The position numbers and the translations under genes are program-made. Shown here one piece after another: positions 27,545 through 39,861 of a stretch of 64,000 nt of DNA (its first letter is position 1; every line of letters begins with the position of its first letter). The notes beneath the pieces were generated by a model, which saw only the letters and a list, made by a program, of their open reading frames with translations, did no database searches and was not told where the DNA came from. The stretch comes from Octopus vulgaris (taxonomy: Eukaryota): assembly GCA_951406725.2 (NCBI GenBank), contig OX597830.1:44082001-44146000 (forward strand). Reading direction: 5' to 3'.

Positions 27545-30500
27545 GCCTAGAGGAATAAATCTGGCAAAATGGTACAATCCAAATGCTCTTGTCTCTAGCA
27601 TAAAATAGATAAGTTCTTGCATTGAAGCTTTGACATAGTAATGTCTTGTGCCATAAAAGTATTTGGAATAAGAGTAACAACCACATAAACTTCTTTCCTT
27701 CAACCACCAAGAAAATAAGTTACATAAATAGATTTGTTTGGCATTCTAAACAGGTTCCTTTCAATTTTTTTACTGTTGCTTGTTGAAAAACAAGAGTTTG
27801 AAATTTAGTTACAACAGAAGAATTAGTGTTCTTTCAAACTACATTTTTATTCAAAATTCAGTGTGTTTATCCATTCAGAAATCTTGCTAGGATCTTATTA
27901 CATAAACATTTTGTGTTTTCACTCTACAGTCTAATTTCTCTTGACTAAAATTCTATGTTCCATTTATATTTCTTGCACTGAGAATCAAGATCCATTTTCA
28001 TTGAAACAACCTGGAAAAATAACTGAAATAATGGTTTCATATTTTGGTTCATGTTCAGCAATTTTTATGGGGGAGGATTTTGTTGATTACATTGTCCCTC
28101 AGTGCTAAACTGGTACCTGTTTTATTAATTCTGAAAGGATGACCTCAGCAGAATTTGAATTCAGAGAATAAAAAAAAAAAAAAAAGAAATTTTGCTAAAC
28201 ATTATGTAAGTAATTGAAATAATCCCTTCTACTCAAAGCTGGGGGTAAGGATTAAGCCAATTACATTACCTCAGTCGGCCTCCGTGGAATTTGAACTTAG
28301 AATGTGAAGACAGACGAAATGCTGCAAAGCATTTTGCCCGGCATGCTAACAATTCTGTCAGCTCACCAACCTTGAAGTAAGTAATAGAAATAACACTAAC
28401 ATTTATAGAATAGGTGTACCTAGGGACTGGCCCTGGGGTTGCTGGCGCAAGCTGAGCTTCTGCGTGTACAAGCTGATGGTTGTGTAAATTTCCTTGTCTT
28501 TGTCATGCTCTCCTTGGCGCCCTGGGTGTACCTTATCTATCATCTTGTATAACATTACCATCTAATTCTTGGATGCTTTTAGCAGAATCCATTCTTTTTC
28601 AGAGATTTATATTGGGTTATTGGATCACTTGATATCTTGATACCGTGTCTCCTACTACAACAACCTTCAAGTCATAATTTCTTCTTCTTATACCTCACTA
28701 GTCTCAGGAACCCTGTCCTTCTTCTGCTTAATCCTTTCGGCCCAGCTGGTACATATTTGTACCAGTCAAAAGTTTTACAACCTATGTGATGCAGTTTAGT
28801 TTAGTACCACTCTGGTTTTTCTGATAAGTGTGTAACGCCAGACGTATGATCAGAATGTATGATGCTATAATGACAGCTCAAAAGGCTCGCATGCACCTCC
28901 CGTCATTACTGACTTGAGAAAAATTTCTGAGTTGAAAGGGTTAAATTATTTTACCAAAAGCTGTTAAAAGAATAATTGCAAAAATTCGAAGATTACATAC
29001 AGTACCATTTATGTCAAAAGACTTATGTTTTGTATCTTTTCTTGATCAGAACAAAGCTAATTTTACTTTATTCTACTTGATAGGAAACTAGTTAATGCAT
29101 TACTTAGAGGATTGCATTGTAGACCATAAGTTCATTTGCATCACTCATTTCCAGAAGTTTGTGTTCTTTTCATTCTTCGAGCCATAACCTTGATCTGTAT
29201 CAGTGTTCCACACTTGCCCTCCACAACCATTAAAATTACTGTCATCTCTGGTCTTCAACTTTTGAAATTATTTCTCCTTAAAGTTTCTTTGCATTAGTCT
29301 TTGCTCATCTGTTAATTTCTTTTTGTGCTTCAGGAACCAAATCATGGTGGACATGTATAGCTGTTGTATTACAATTTTTTTTACTCTCTCACACTTCATT
29401 TCTGTCCACATCATCCTCAAGACCTTCCCTGCCATAGAATCCACTTGCAGTGAAATTAAGTGGCTTAGTGGTTAGAGCATTCAACATACAATTGTAAGCC
29501 TGTGAGTTCAATTCCTATCTGTGCACTGTTCCTTGAGCAAGACCCGTTATTCTAGTTCACTCAGCTAGCAAAAGTTAGTTGTACCTGTAATTCAAAGAAC
29601 CAGCTGTGCCACATTCTGTATTGTGCTGAATGAGAACTCTGTTAACCATTTAGCATTTAAACCAAACATACCAGGCTAAAATATTTTCCCATTTTTATCA
29701 TCAAACTGGTTTCTCACACCCACCCTACATTGTCATTCTAAAAGTAGACAGTCACATCATCGAAATTTTGAAGCTACAAGATAATGAATGATTACCAGTG
29801 CCAGTGACATGTAAAAAGCAACCACTACAGTCTCAGTAGTTGGCTTTAGGAAGGGTATCCAGCTGTAGAAACCTTGGAGCCTGGCCAGTCGTCAGTCAAA
29901 CCATCCAACCCATGCCAGCATGGTAAACAGACGTTAAAAGCTGATGATGAATTCAATGACAATGTGACAAGATAAGCATTATATTTGGGAGAGGAACCTG
30001 AATGCTAAAGGGTATGCATGTCTGGAATACTCAGCCACTTGCAGGCTGTTCCATTGACTAGATTAACTGGAACTCGTCATTGTAACCGACAGTGCCAGCA
30101 GAATTCCTCTCAACCACCCGTTTCTGTTTCTCTTGATCACACCAACTTTTCCACTTCTCGTTTTACAAACCAACAAATACCTATTTGCACATTGGTTTCA
30201 TCTCAATTGCCAATGGTGCTCATTTTCAGAATGGACTGGAACAATAAAGTGAAGTGGACCGTGTTTGTGTAGGCTTGTCAAGCAAAGTGAGACTGTAATA
30301 GTGGCCGATGCTAGTGTCAGATCAATGGCACCCATGCCAGTGGCACATAAAAAACACCCACTACACTGAGTGGTTGGTGTTAAATAACGATGTTACTCAA
30401 GAACTGAGCCCACAAGCTTGTGATCATGAACCCCAACATCCTAACCACTAAAATCCTGCACCTTCACAGCATCTCTTCTGGTTACCTGATACTCTTTTCT

Positions 30501-31409
30501 GCTCCTTTTCTCCCACTTCTTTCTAGGTCTGCCTATTAACTTTTATGATTCTATCTACTGTACTCTCTCCTATCACTATGTCACTGTCTGTCTGGTTAGT
30601 GCCTTGGTTTAATCACATGTTTATGTCTTTGTCTTACCCAATTCAAGCATGAAAAACTAGATATTATTAAAATGATGATGACGATAATTATTGGTTTGGG
30701 GTGAAGCTTAAACTTACAAATACAGTTTTAGTTCAAATATTGCCCAATGAAATCCAAATGGGTCAAACCTTATAAAAGAAATTTTTCAAAGATACTGTAT
30801 AGTGGAGTGGAACCATGGACCTTGTGATTGTGAAGTAAGCTCAACCGTAGAGCTACATACACATTCCAATATAAAATATATATACATATCATTTTAAAGT
30901 TCACTTTTCTATACTTGCTTGGGTTGGACAAAATTTGTAGAGGTAGATTTTCTACAGGGGGATGCTCTTCCTGTCATCAAATATTCTTCCATGATCAGAC
31001 ATGTTTCCATGGAAGATTGGAAATACAGGACGCTGCTTGCATGACAGTGACACTCATTTACAACCAGTACATGAAGTTCAGGCAAGGAGTCAATTTGTAA
31101 CACATACACACACATATGATGAACTCATTTTAGTTTCTGTCTATCAAATTCACTGAGAAGGCTTTGGTCTGCCTGGGTATGTAGAGGACCCTTGCCCAAT
31201 TTGCCATGCAGCGGGACAGAACCCAGAACCATGTGGCTGAGAAGTAAACTTCTTCCATTACTATCAGACACCTATCCTGTCTACATATTACAGCAAGATT
31301 CTAAAACCATCAACAGTTACATCAGCAACTTCATACTTCCTTTGTCAATGCATTTGCAGGTCTTTGTAAATGTGTGTCTGTGTATCCGAGTGTATGGTAT
31401 TGATAGGCC

Positions 31410-31800
31410 ACAGTAGTAGACATCCATTGGTCTCGAGAGGCCATGGATCTGCACCCAAAGAAACCGTGTCAGCTGTCGATGGTGGTACAGCATCTGTTGT
31501 AGTTGTACAGGCCCACATGGGAGTGGCAGTCATGCATACAGCAACTGCATTCAAAGGAGTCTATGCCAGCACTACTGATTTTCCCATCTGTTGATTGCGC
31601 TTTTCTTTGATGTCAAGTTCCCATTTTTCTTTCGTTCTCTTCATTCCCTTTTGCAGTATTTGCCTCCATAACAGTGAAATATTATCTACCACTCTTGGAT
31701 TTATTCTGAGACAAGTTGTCTTACTTGACCCCGTGACATCCAGCTGTTCTCTCACACTCAGTATTGTGTAGGGGGATATCCCAGATACTATCCTGGAATA
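31410..31800 (-). mobile_element. RTE LINE 3' end with degenerate C-terminal zinc-finger
   Basis: WRQILQKGMKRTKEKW...KEKR, then FECSCCMHDCHSHVGLYNYNRC after a frameshift. Confidence 0.7.
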
Positions 31801-33867
31801 GCAAATTCAGCATATAAACAAAACACATACACATGATGTATATATATATATATATTAATATCATCATCATCGTCGTTTAATGTCCACTTTCCATGCTGGC
31901 ATGGGTTGAATGGTTTGACTGAAGGCTGGTGAGCCAGAAGGCTTCACCAGGCTCCAATTCGATCTGGTAATGCTTCTACAGCTAGATGACCTTCCTAATG
32001 CCAACCACTCATAGTGGGTACTTTTTACGTGCCACCGGCATGTGAGCTAGTCAGGTAGCACTGGAAACGATCATGCTCGTGTCATGCTTTTTACATGCCA
32101 CTGGCACGAAACAAGACAGGCGGCACTGGCATTGATCAAGCTTAAATAGTGCTTTTTACGTGCCACTGCCATGAGTGCCAATCAGGTGGTACTGTCATCG
32201 GCCACGACAACGACTTCACTTGCCTCAACAGGTCCTCGCAAGCACAGTTTATTGCCTAATGATTGAAAGGTACACTGGAATAGGCCAGGGAGGCTGAGTA
32301 GAAGAAAAGAAAACAAATTGAAACTTTAATTTAAAAAAAAATATTTAAAGAATTAGTTTATTGAATTAAATAAAATACAAATATTTATATTTGCATGGTA
32401 AAAAGGTATGTTGTTCTTCCTTGCAATGTCCACAAAATGCAAATATCGACAATACTTGTTTTTCTGATCCAAAAAGCAGTGGCAACAAAGATGCAAGAGT
32501 TAAAATGGCACTGTTGGAGCAACACATGGTCCAAGACAGAGGAGATAACATCGATATGCCTTGTTGCACAATTAATTCACACTGCTGCAAATGTGATATT
32601 CATTTTCCTATAGAAATTCAAGAATACCACACTTAAAATTCAGTAAATTGAACCAATAAAACTACAAATTTGGTTTCAGAAATTATCTTTTATCCACAAA
32701 TTCACTAAAATGGAAAAAAAATCAAAGGTTTAGACTATATTTCTCTAAGATAATATTTATAACCAAAATGAATAATTAGCTGCAGTAAAATGTCTCAAAA
32801 ACATTTTGACAATTTGCATTTGTTTATTTATTATTTTTTTTTTTATAAATTTACTTTTAATTTCAAGGCGCAATAGTGAATGTTTAATTTCTTTTGGTCC
32901 AAGAATAGCAGCCTTAGACTGACCGCTTCCTTCAGAACAGTTAAATGAGAAAAAAAAAATAATAATAATAAAAAGAAGGAAAGAGATAGAAACCTATGTC
33001 AATATTGAAATATTTATAATAAAAAAAAAATAAAGGAAAATTCAAATTATTAAAAGTCAAAGTTATTTATGGGAAAGCAATGAAAAGAAATGTTTCATTA
33101 TTAAAGAGCCTTAAAACCACAGCATCATATAGCCAAAATTTATATTTTAAAATGAGAAGGAAAAATAAAAATATTAAAAAAAAAATTGATAATAATCTTT
33201 TGTTTTAATCTTTAGCACACTGCAGGCAACCTTGGTCACAACATTACATATTTGTTTTGGTGATTCAGATATTTAGTGTGAAATGTAATTTGAAATTGTT
33301 ATCATTAAATGTGACACTTTTAAGCAACCAGATTCAAATCTTCATTGCTGCTGCAAAAAAATAGATTTGAAAATAATATGACACTGTTAGCAGAGGTTAA
33401 TCCAGCAGACTAAAGGTTAAAATGTCTTTCGTTACCCCAAAGCCTCAAATAATACTGCTTTGTATTAACTTACAGAAAACAATTGTTCATAGATTAAAAA
33501 AGTAATATACAACCTTTCTGTTTTTTTTTTTTGTTAAAAATTGTATTTGCACAGAAATAAAAATCATGGAAAAGACAGGTATTCAAGTATTTACTTTGTC
33601 TGGCCCACACCATATTACTTAAATGAAGAAAAAATATTCCAGGTATGGCGTATTGGCTTGTATTAGATGGGTGAATTTAATTTTGAGGAAGATCATTGCA
33701 TAATGTTCAATTTCTCTTTGAGTTAAAAAAAAAATATTTCTGCTAAATTGTGAGGAAGCAGTTGAAGGTTCCCCAACCCATCCAATACAGGTTTGGCCAG
33801 CAGATAATTGCAAGGGTTCACTGGTGTAGGAGGAACATAATACTGGCTATTTCAACAGTAAATTGGA

Positions 33868-33924
33868 TCAGGAAGCAGCCACACGTTGTAAAGGTCCTTC
33901 TAAATACGTGGCAAGTGCTTGTAG
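33868..33924 (-). CDS. LAMTOR2: LAMTOR2 coding exon 4 (with stop codon)
   Basis: tttacag|LQALATYLEGPLQRVAAS*. The four exons total 378 nt = 125 aa + stop. Confidence 0.97.
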   Translation of the reverse strand, partial: LQALATYLEGPLQRVAAS

Positions 33925-35225
33925 CTGTAAATAATAAAAGATTCATTAAGTTCAAATAATTACAAATTTGATAGTATGAAGTCATTTCAGAGTAATTCAA
34001 ATGCTATGAAGTTTAAATCATGCTAAAGCTGTTGTATTACATTGCTAAGAGGTTGTGCTTGGTATTGTTCATCCTCCTCCTCCTCCTCCAATGTCCATTT
34101 CCCATGCTGGCAAGGCTTGAGAGCTGCATCAGGTTCTAGTCTGATTTGGCTTGCTTTCTATGGCTGGATGCCCTTCCCAAAGCCAACCACTTTTACAGAA
34201 TGTGCTGGGGGGTGCTTTTAATGTGCCACTGAAATGAACACTTGCACATGGCACGAGTGCCTTTTACGTGGCACTGGCACATGACTCTTACAAGCTAATC
34301 CTTCTCACGAGGGGATGTGGCTTTAACACTTCTGCTGTAGAGGTGGTCTTTGGAGAATGAAAATGTCTTTCTAGATCTGCATGTAGAAGTAATTAACAAC
34401 ACTCTCAAACAATTAACAGAAGCATTATTTACTGTATATGCAGGTGCATGGCTCAGTGGTTAGGGTGTTGGCCTCATGATCATAAAATTGTGGTTTCAAT
34501 TTCTGGGCTGGTTGATGCTTTGTGTTCTTGAGCAAAACACTTCCTTTCTCGTTGCTCCAGTCCACTCAGCTGGCAAAATTGAGTAATCCTGTGACAGACC
34601 AGGTGGGGAATTTACAGCTCACTGAATCCAAGAAACCAGCCTATAAGAGCCTGGCATGGCTAAAGAAGGAAACATTTTTTTTTATTTACTGTACATTGTT
34701 TTTTCTGTTGGTCTTTTTATTAATGCTAACAGCAGCAGCAATTACACATACTAGTGAGATCCATGACAATTTAACTGGTATATAAGAAATCTGTAGTTGG
34801 CTCATCACAACTGGAAAATAATCACATTATATTCATGACAAAATCTGTCTTTTGTCATGAGAATAGAGATGTCAAGCAGCCACTTCAATATTCAGGGGTT
34901 GCTGCCAAAAACCACCTTTACGTAGGGCTTAATTAGAAACATTTAGAAAGTCAAATCATGCAATGGCTTGATGCTGATTGGCTATTTAAATGCCAATCCC
35001 GTAAAATGATAGTGGTCTCATTGGTGTCTACTTGGCTATCTCAAAATTTGGTTTTGAATCTGCTACAACATATAAATTACTTCAATCTGCTTGACTAAAA
35101 ACTAAACCACTTCTGCTCGAAACCATGTGGTTGGGAAACAAACTATTCTAAAGACTAGATTCCTTCTCTGAAATGAGGAAATACTCTAGCAAAGTTGTAG
35201 ACTAGTGTTTCTTAACCATTTTTTA

Positions 35226-35490
35226 GCTTGATCTGTAGAAAAGGTGTAGGTAGAAACTCCATAAGATGTACCCAGTGTAAGCTATGGACGCATAAGAGGT
35301 GCAGCAACATCAAAGAAAGATTAACCGAGAAGATAGCTTTTGTGTGCGGCAGATTCACAGGGCCAATAGGCACCACAGATACTCAGAAAACATTCCATCA
35401 CACTCCAGGGGGAGAAACTAGAAGTAGTTGATTGCTTCTGCTACCTAGGTGACCAAGTTAGTAGTAGGGGGTGGGTGCTCAGAGAGTGTT
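35226..35490 (+). mobile_element. RTE-type LINE fragment with a Cys/His (PHD-like) insert, fused to a family-B SINE tail
   Basis: ICRKGVGRNSIRCTQCKLWTHKRCSNIK ... EKLEVVDCFCYLGDQVSS. Confidence 0.75.
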
Positions 35491-36932
35491 AGGAAGGGCA
35501 TCCAGCTGTAGAAACACTGCCAGATAGACTGGAGCCTGGTGCAGCCTCTGGCTTCCCAGACCCCAGTCGAACCGTCCAACCCATGCTAGCATGGAAAACA
35601 GACATTAAACGAAGATGATGATGAACACCGTCTGAATCTTATTTTACTTGGATGGATTCGCCTAGTGATTCATCATCATCATCATTTAATGCTGGTATGG
35701 GTTGGATGGTTTGACTGGAAACTGGCAAGCTGGTGGGGCTGCGCCAGGTTCCGATCTGATCTGGCAAGGTTTTTACAGCTGGATGCCCTTATTAATGCCA
35801 ACCACTCCGAGAGTGTAGTGGGTATTTTTTTATGTGACATGCTATTAACCTGACACCAGCATAGGCCACGACTACAGTCTCACAGATCTCCACAAGCACA
35901 GTATATCACCAAAGGTCTTGGTCACCTTTTCAATGTTTAAAAACATTTTATATTTTTATCATAAATGTCATTTGGAATTGTATAAATAACCAATTTATTG
36001 AATAAATTTCAACAGCAAAATCTTACATGGACCCACAAAGAACATATGGACCCTGGTTGAGAACCATTGAGGTCTTGCTACTGTTACCTAAATATTCAAG
36101 ACCAACATGACTGATGCCAGTGCCGCTTGACTAGCTCCTATGCCGGTGGCACATAAAAAGCACCCACTACACTCTCAGAGTGGTTGGCATTAGGAAGGGC
36201 ATCCAACTGTAGAAACACTGCCAGATCAGATTGGAGCCTGGTGCAGCCTCCTGGCTTGCCAGTCCCCAGTCAAACCGTCCAAACCATGCCATCCTGGAAA
36301 GCAGATGTTAAACGATGATGATGTCATTCAAAAGGTTATTTGTCTGAATGATAATGATTCACTCACCAATATGCTATGAACCCTGGGTCAGAGATGTACT
36401 ATTTCTTCCCTTCTACAAATTACTTTTACAAGTCTTTCATCTATTGAACTAGGTAAAAGTTACTTCTTGGGCCATACAAACTGGTAAGGGCCAGTTTCCT
36501 GGTTTCCGAGGTGTATATATTCCCACCTGGATGGGACGCTGGTCCGTTACAGGGTTAACTTATTTTTGCTATCTTTTTGGAATGGAGCAATGTGAAATGA
36601 AGTGTTTTGCTCAAGAACACAATGCATCATCTCATCCAGGAATTGAAACCACAATCTTATGATCATGAGTCCAACACCCTAACCACTAAGCCATGCGTCT
36701 CCACTACTGAACTTGGTAGCTATACACCACCTCCCCTTAAAGCTATTCAGAATAGTCATTTCTTTCACTTCTTGTGTCTTGTTCCCTACATCCTGCACTG
36801 AATACTCCATCCAGCTCAATTTCTGGAATTTCCTTCCTGCTAGCACTGACCTTTTGCAGGTCAATCAGAAAAACTGAAATGATGCTAGCAGTGTGAGAGG
36901 ATCAAGTTATGGATGTTGATTTTCCTCTAAAC

Positions 36933-37890
36933 CAGTGATCTTCAACCATTTTTTCCCAGTGGATCCCTTAGATTTCTATTTTACTCTACTGCACCCCATT
37001 TGAAGTTGAAAAAAGAAACCATCATCATCATCGTCGTTTAATGTCTGCTTTCCATGCTGTCATGGGTTGGACAGTTTGACTGAGGGCTGGTAAGCCAGAA
37101 GGCTGCACCAGGCTCCAATCTGATCTGGCAATATTTCTACAGCTGGATGCCCTTCCTAACACCATTATATTTTTTACAATTAAATATTATTAGAAATTGT
37201 ATTAAAAAACTGTTAATATATTTTATGTATTGCAGAAGTCTAATTTACTGCACTAAAAAGCACCATTTGAGTGTGACTGATGCCAGTACTACCACTGGCA
37301 GGCAAAAAGCACCATTCGAGCATGGCTGATGCCAGTGCTGCCTGAATGGCATGTAATAAAGCATCCACTACACTCTTAGAGTGGTTGACATTAGGAAAGG
37401 CATCCAGCTGTAGAAACTTTGCCAAATCAGATTGGAGCCTGGGGCAGCCTCCCGACCTGTCAGTTCTCAGTCAAACCATCCAGCCCATGCCAGCATGGAA
37501 AGTGACAATGATTATTTACATTTGATGGATATTTGTCCTCATCTTGTTTGTTGTTAACACAACGTTTTGGCTGATATACCCTCCAGCCTTCATCAGGTGT
37601 CTTGGGGAAATTTTGAGCCTGGGTTCTCATTCCTAAGGTATTTTTTGATGAATACCTTAGGAACGAGAAACCAGGCTTGAAATTTCCCCAGGACACCTGA
37701 TGAAGGCTGGAGGGTATATCAGCCAAAATGTTGTGTTAACAACAAACAAGATTTTGACAAATATCCATCAAATGTAAATAACGTACATAATTCCTCATCT
37801 CTTAAATATAGAACAGGACAATGATGAATTTTAATGACAAAATTTCGTATGGACCCTCAAAGGTCATGTGACCCCAAGACAAGAACTACT
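36933..37890. mobile_element. hAT-like MITE interrupted by two SINEs and a fold-back hammerhead element (nested insertions)
   Basis: Termini cagtgatcttcaacc ... gacaagaactactg; a similar right end occurs at ~36030-36070. Confidence 0.55.
37512..37781. repeat. Fold-back inverted repeat (~130-bp arms) carrying a degenerate minimal type I hammerhead; PLE-type insertion
   Basis: Arms 37512-37642 and 37651-37781. Core GACAC-CTGATGA-A-GGCTG..CAGCC-(A)AAA-T-GTT-GTGTT at 37692-37737. A 9-bp duplication gacaatgat flanks it (37504-37512, 37817-37825). Confidence 0.85.
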
Positions 37891-38197
37891 GAAACTTATA
37901 AACAATATGATGAGATAGGAAGGGCATCAGGGTGAGAAAATGCAAACAAAATCTGGCAAATTCAATGATAAATTCTGGATTAAACAATGAGTGAGTGAAA
38001 GCAAAGGTGTGTGTGTTTAATTCTATAAAGAAAGTAAACCTTACATGTCTGAGAGAGAGTGAGAGAGAGAAGAGTGCACATGAGTGAGTGAAAAAGCGAA
38101 TATAAAGAATAAAAGAAATCCAATTTCTAAAGAAAGAACAATAATTTTTAACTGTCTCAGTTAAGAATGGAATAACAGGAAATAAAAATTATCTTAC

Positions 38198-38287
38198 CTT
38201 TGCTTTTAACATTCCAAAATCTACAGTTTCTTTTGCATAAATACAAAGAAGTAAGTTTCCTACGCAGGTAATTGCAACTTTACCTTC
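38198..38287 (-). CDS. LAMTOR2: LAMTOR2 coding exon 3
   Basis: 90 nt, phase 0-0, between tttgtag and gtaag; [30 protein letters not shown]. Confidence 0.97.
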
Positions 38288-38559
38288 CTACAAAAATAAA
38301 GAAATGCCAATGAGAAGACTTACAACATACATCATTTGTGGCAAATAAAATATCTGAGGTTGAAAAACAGAAATATGGTTTCTTTAATTACTACAAGTGC
38401 ACCAAAGGAGGAACTTTACAATTGAGACAAATCTCAGAAACACAAAATGTAGGGGGATGGCACAAGCAGAAAATGTTATCTATGTGTGTGTGGAAAGGTT
38501 GAGTCCATCTGTCACTTTGGAGGGTTCCAAAGGGTGAATTCTAACAAAGTTTCTTCATA

Positions 38560-39162
38560 TTGGGTTGGTGAATAATTATTGCGGCTTCTTTTTCAACAAA
38601 TTTTATTAAAAAAAAACTATAACATGTAACAAAAACATCTTTAAATGATTATTCTGGAGCATATTCACCATCTACTTCAATTACTGTTTACCATTTGCTT
38701 CGCAGACAGTCAGACCGTCATTTAAAGATGTTTTTGTTAAATATTGTTATTGATTATCATCATCATCATCGTTTAACGTCCGTTCTCCATGCTAGCATGG
38801 GTTGGACGGTTCGACCGGAGATCTGGGAAGCCAGAAGGCTGCACCAGGCTCCGGTCTTATCTGGCAATGTTTCTACAGCTGGATGCCCTTCCTAACGCCA
38901 ACCACTCTGTGAGTGTAGTGGGTGTTTTTTACATGCCACCTGCACTGGTGCCAGGCGAGGCTGGCATCGGCCACGGTTGGATTGCTGCATTTTACGTGCC
39001 ACCTGCACGGAAGCCAGTCGAGGCGGCACTGGCTTCGGCCACGATTCGGATGGTGCTTTTTACGTGCCACCGACACGGAAGCCAGTCGAGGGGGCACTGG
39101 CATCGACGACGTCGAATAAAATTTGGTAGAAAAAAAGCCGTAATAATTATGCACCAACCCAA
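38560..39162 (-). mobile_element. Internally deleted mariner element with a nested SINE
   Basis: TA-flanked TIRs ttgggttggtgaataattattgcggctt / aagccgtaataattatgcaccaacccaa; residual transposase C-terminus LRSKW*TVIEVDGEYAPE*. Confidence 0.85.
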
Positions 39163-39250
39163 TATTTCATTGGTAGCTTACTGGCATAAGATTTTCACGA
39201 ATATAAAATTATTACATGTATATAGTATATTATGAGAATTTATGGAAAGA

Positions 39251-39817
39251 TATCCCATAGAAACTCAACAAATTGTTAAAAGATGGAGAAGAAAAGATGT
39301 TAAAATTTTAAAACGATTTTAATACATGCATATGACCGTTTTGAACAGTGATATTAACATGTAAATAACATAGTAGAAAAATTAAAATTAATTTAATTAA
39401 ATTCAATTAATTACATATCATTGTTCTCCTAAGTGCAAGAAGAATACATAAAAAATTATTACAGAAGACCGGATGGAGGAAATAGAAATAATTTTTCATA
39501 AGGATAAAATATGTATATTTGAATATGTTATTTGCTATTTCCTCCATCTAGTCTTCTGTAATAATAATAATAATAATAATAATAATTATAATAATAATAA
39601 TAATAATAATAATTTTTTATATATTCTTCTTGCACTGAGGAGAACAGTGACATGTAATTAATTGAATTTAATTAAATTAATTTTAATTATTCTACCATGT
39701 TATTTACTTGTTAAATATCACTGTTCAAAACGATCATACGCATGTATTAAAATCCTTTTCAGATTTTAACATCTTTTCTTCTCCATCTTTAACAATTTGT
39801 TGAGTTTCTGTGGGATA
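39251..39817. repeat. Fold-back inverted repeat (~240-bp arms) carrying a degenerate type I hammerhead
   Basis: Arms ~39251-39490 and ~39528-39817, with an (AAT)n expansion in the right arm. Core TGCA-CTGAGGA-GAACAGTGA...TCACTGTTC-AAAAC-GATC-ATA-CGCA at 39631-39742. Confidence 0.85.
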
Positions 39818-39818
39818 C

Positions 39819-39861
<43 letters not shown>

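Noticed and set aside
32840-32930. Alternative LAMTOR2 last exon after a T-rich acceptor-like tract
   Set aside because: The encoded tail is unlike LAMTOR2 and the true exon 4 is at 33868-33924; more likely 3'UTR (AATAAA on the - strand near 32360).
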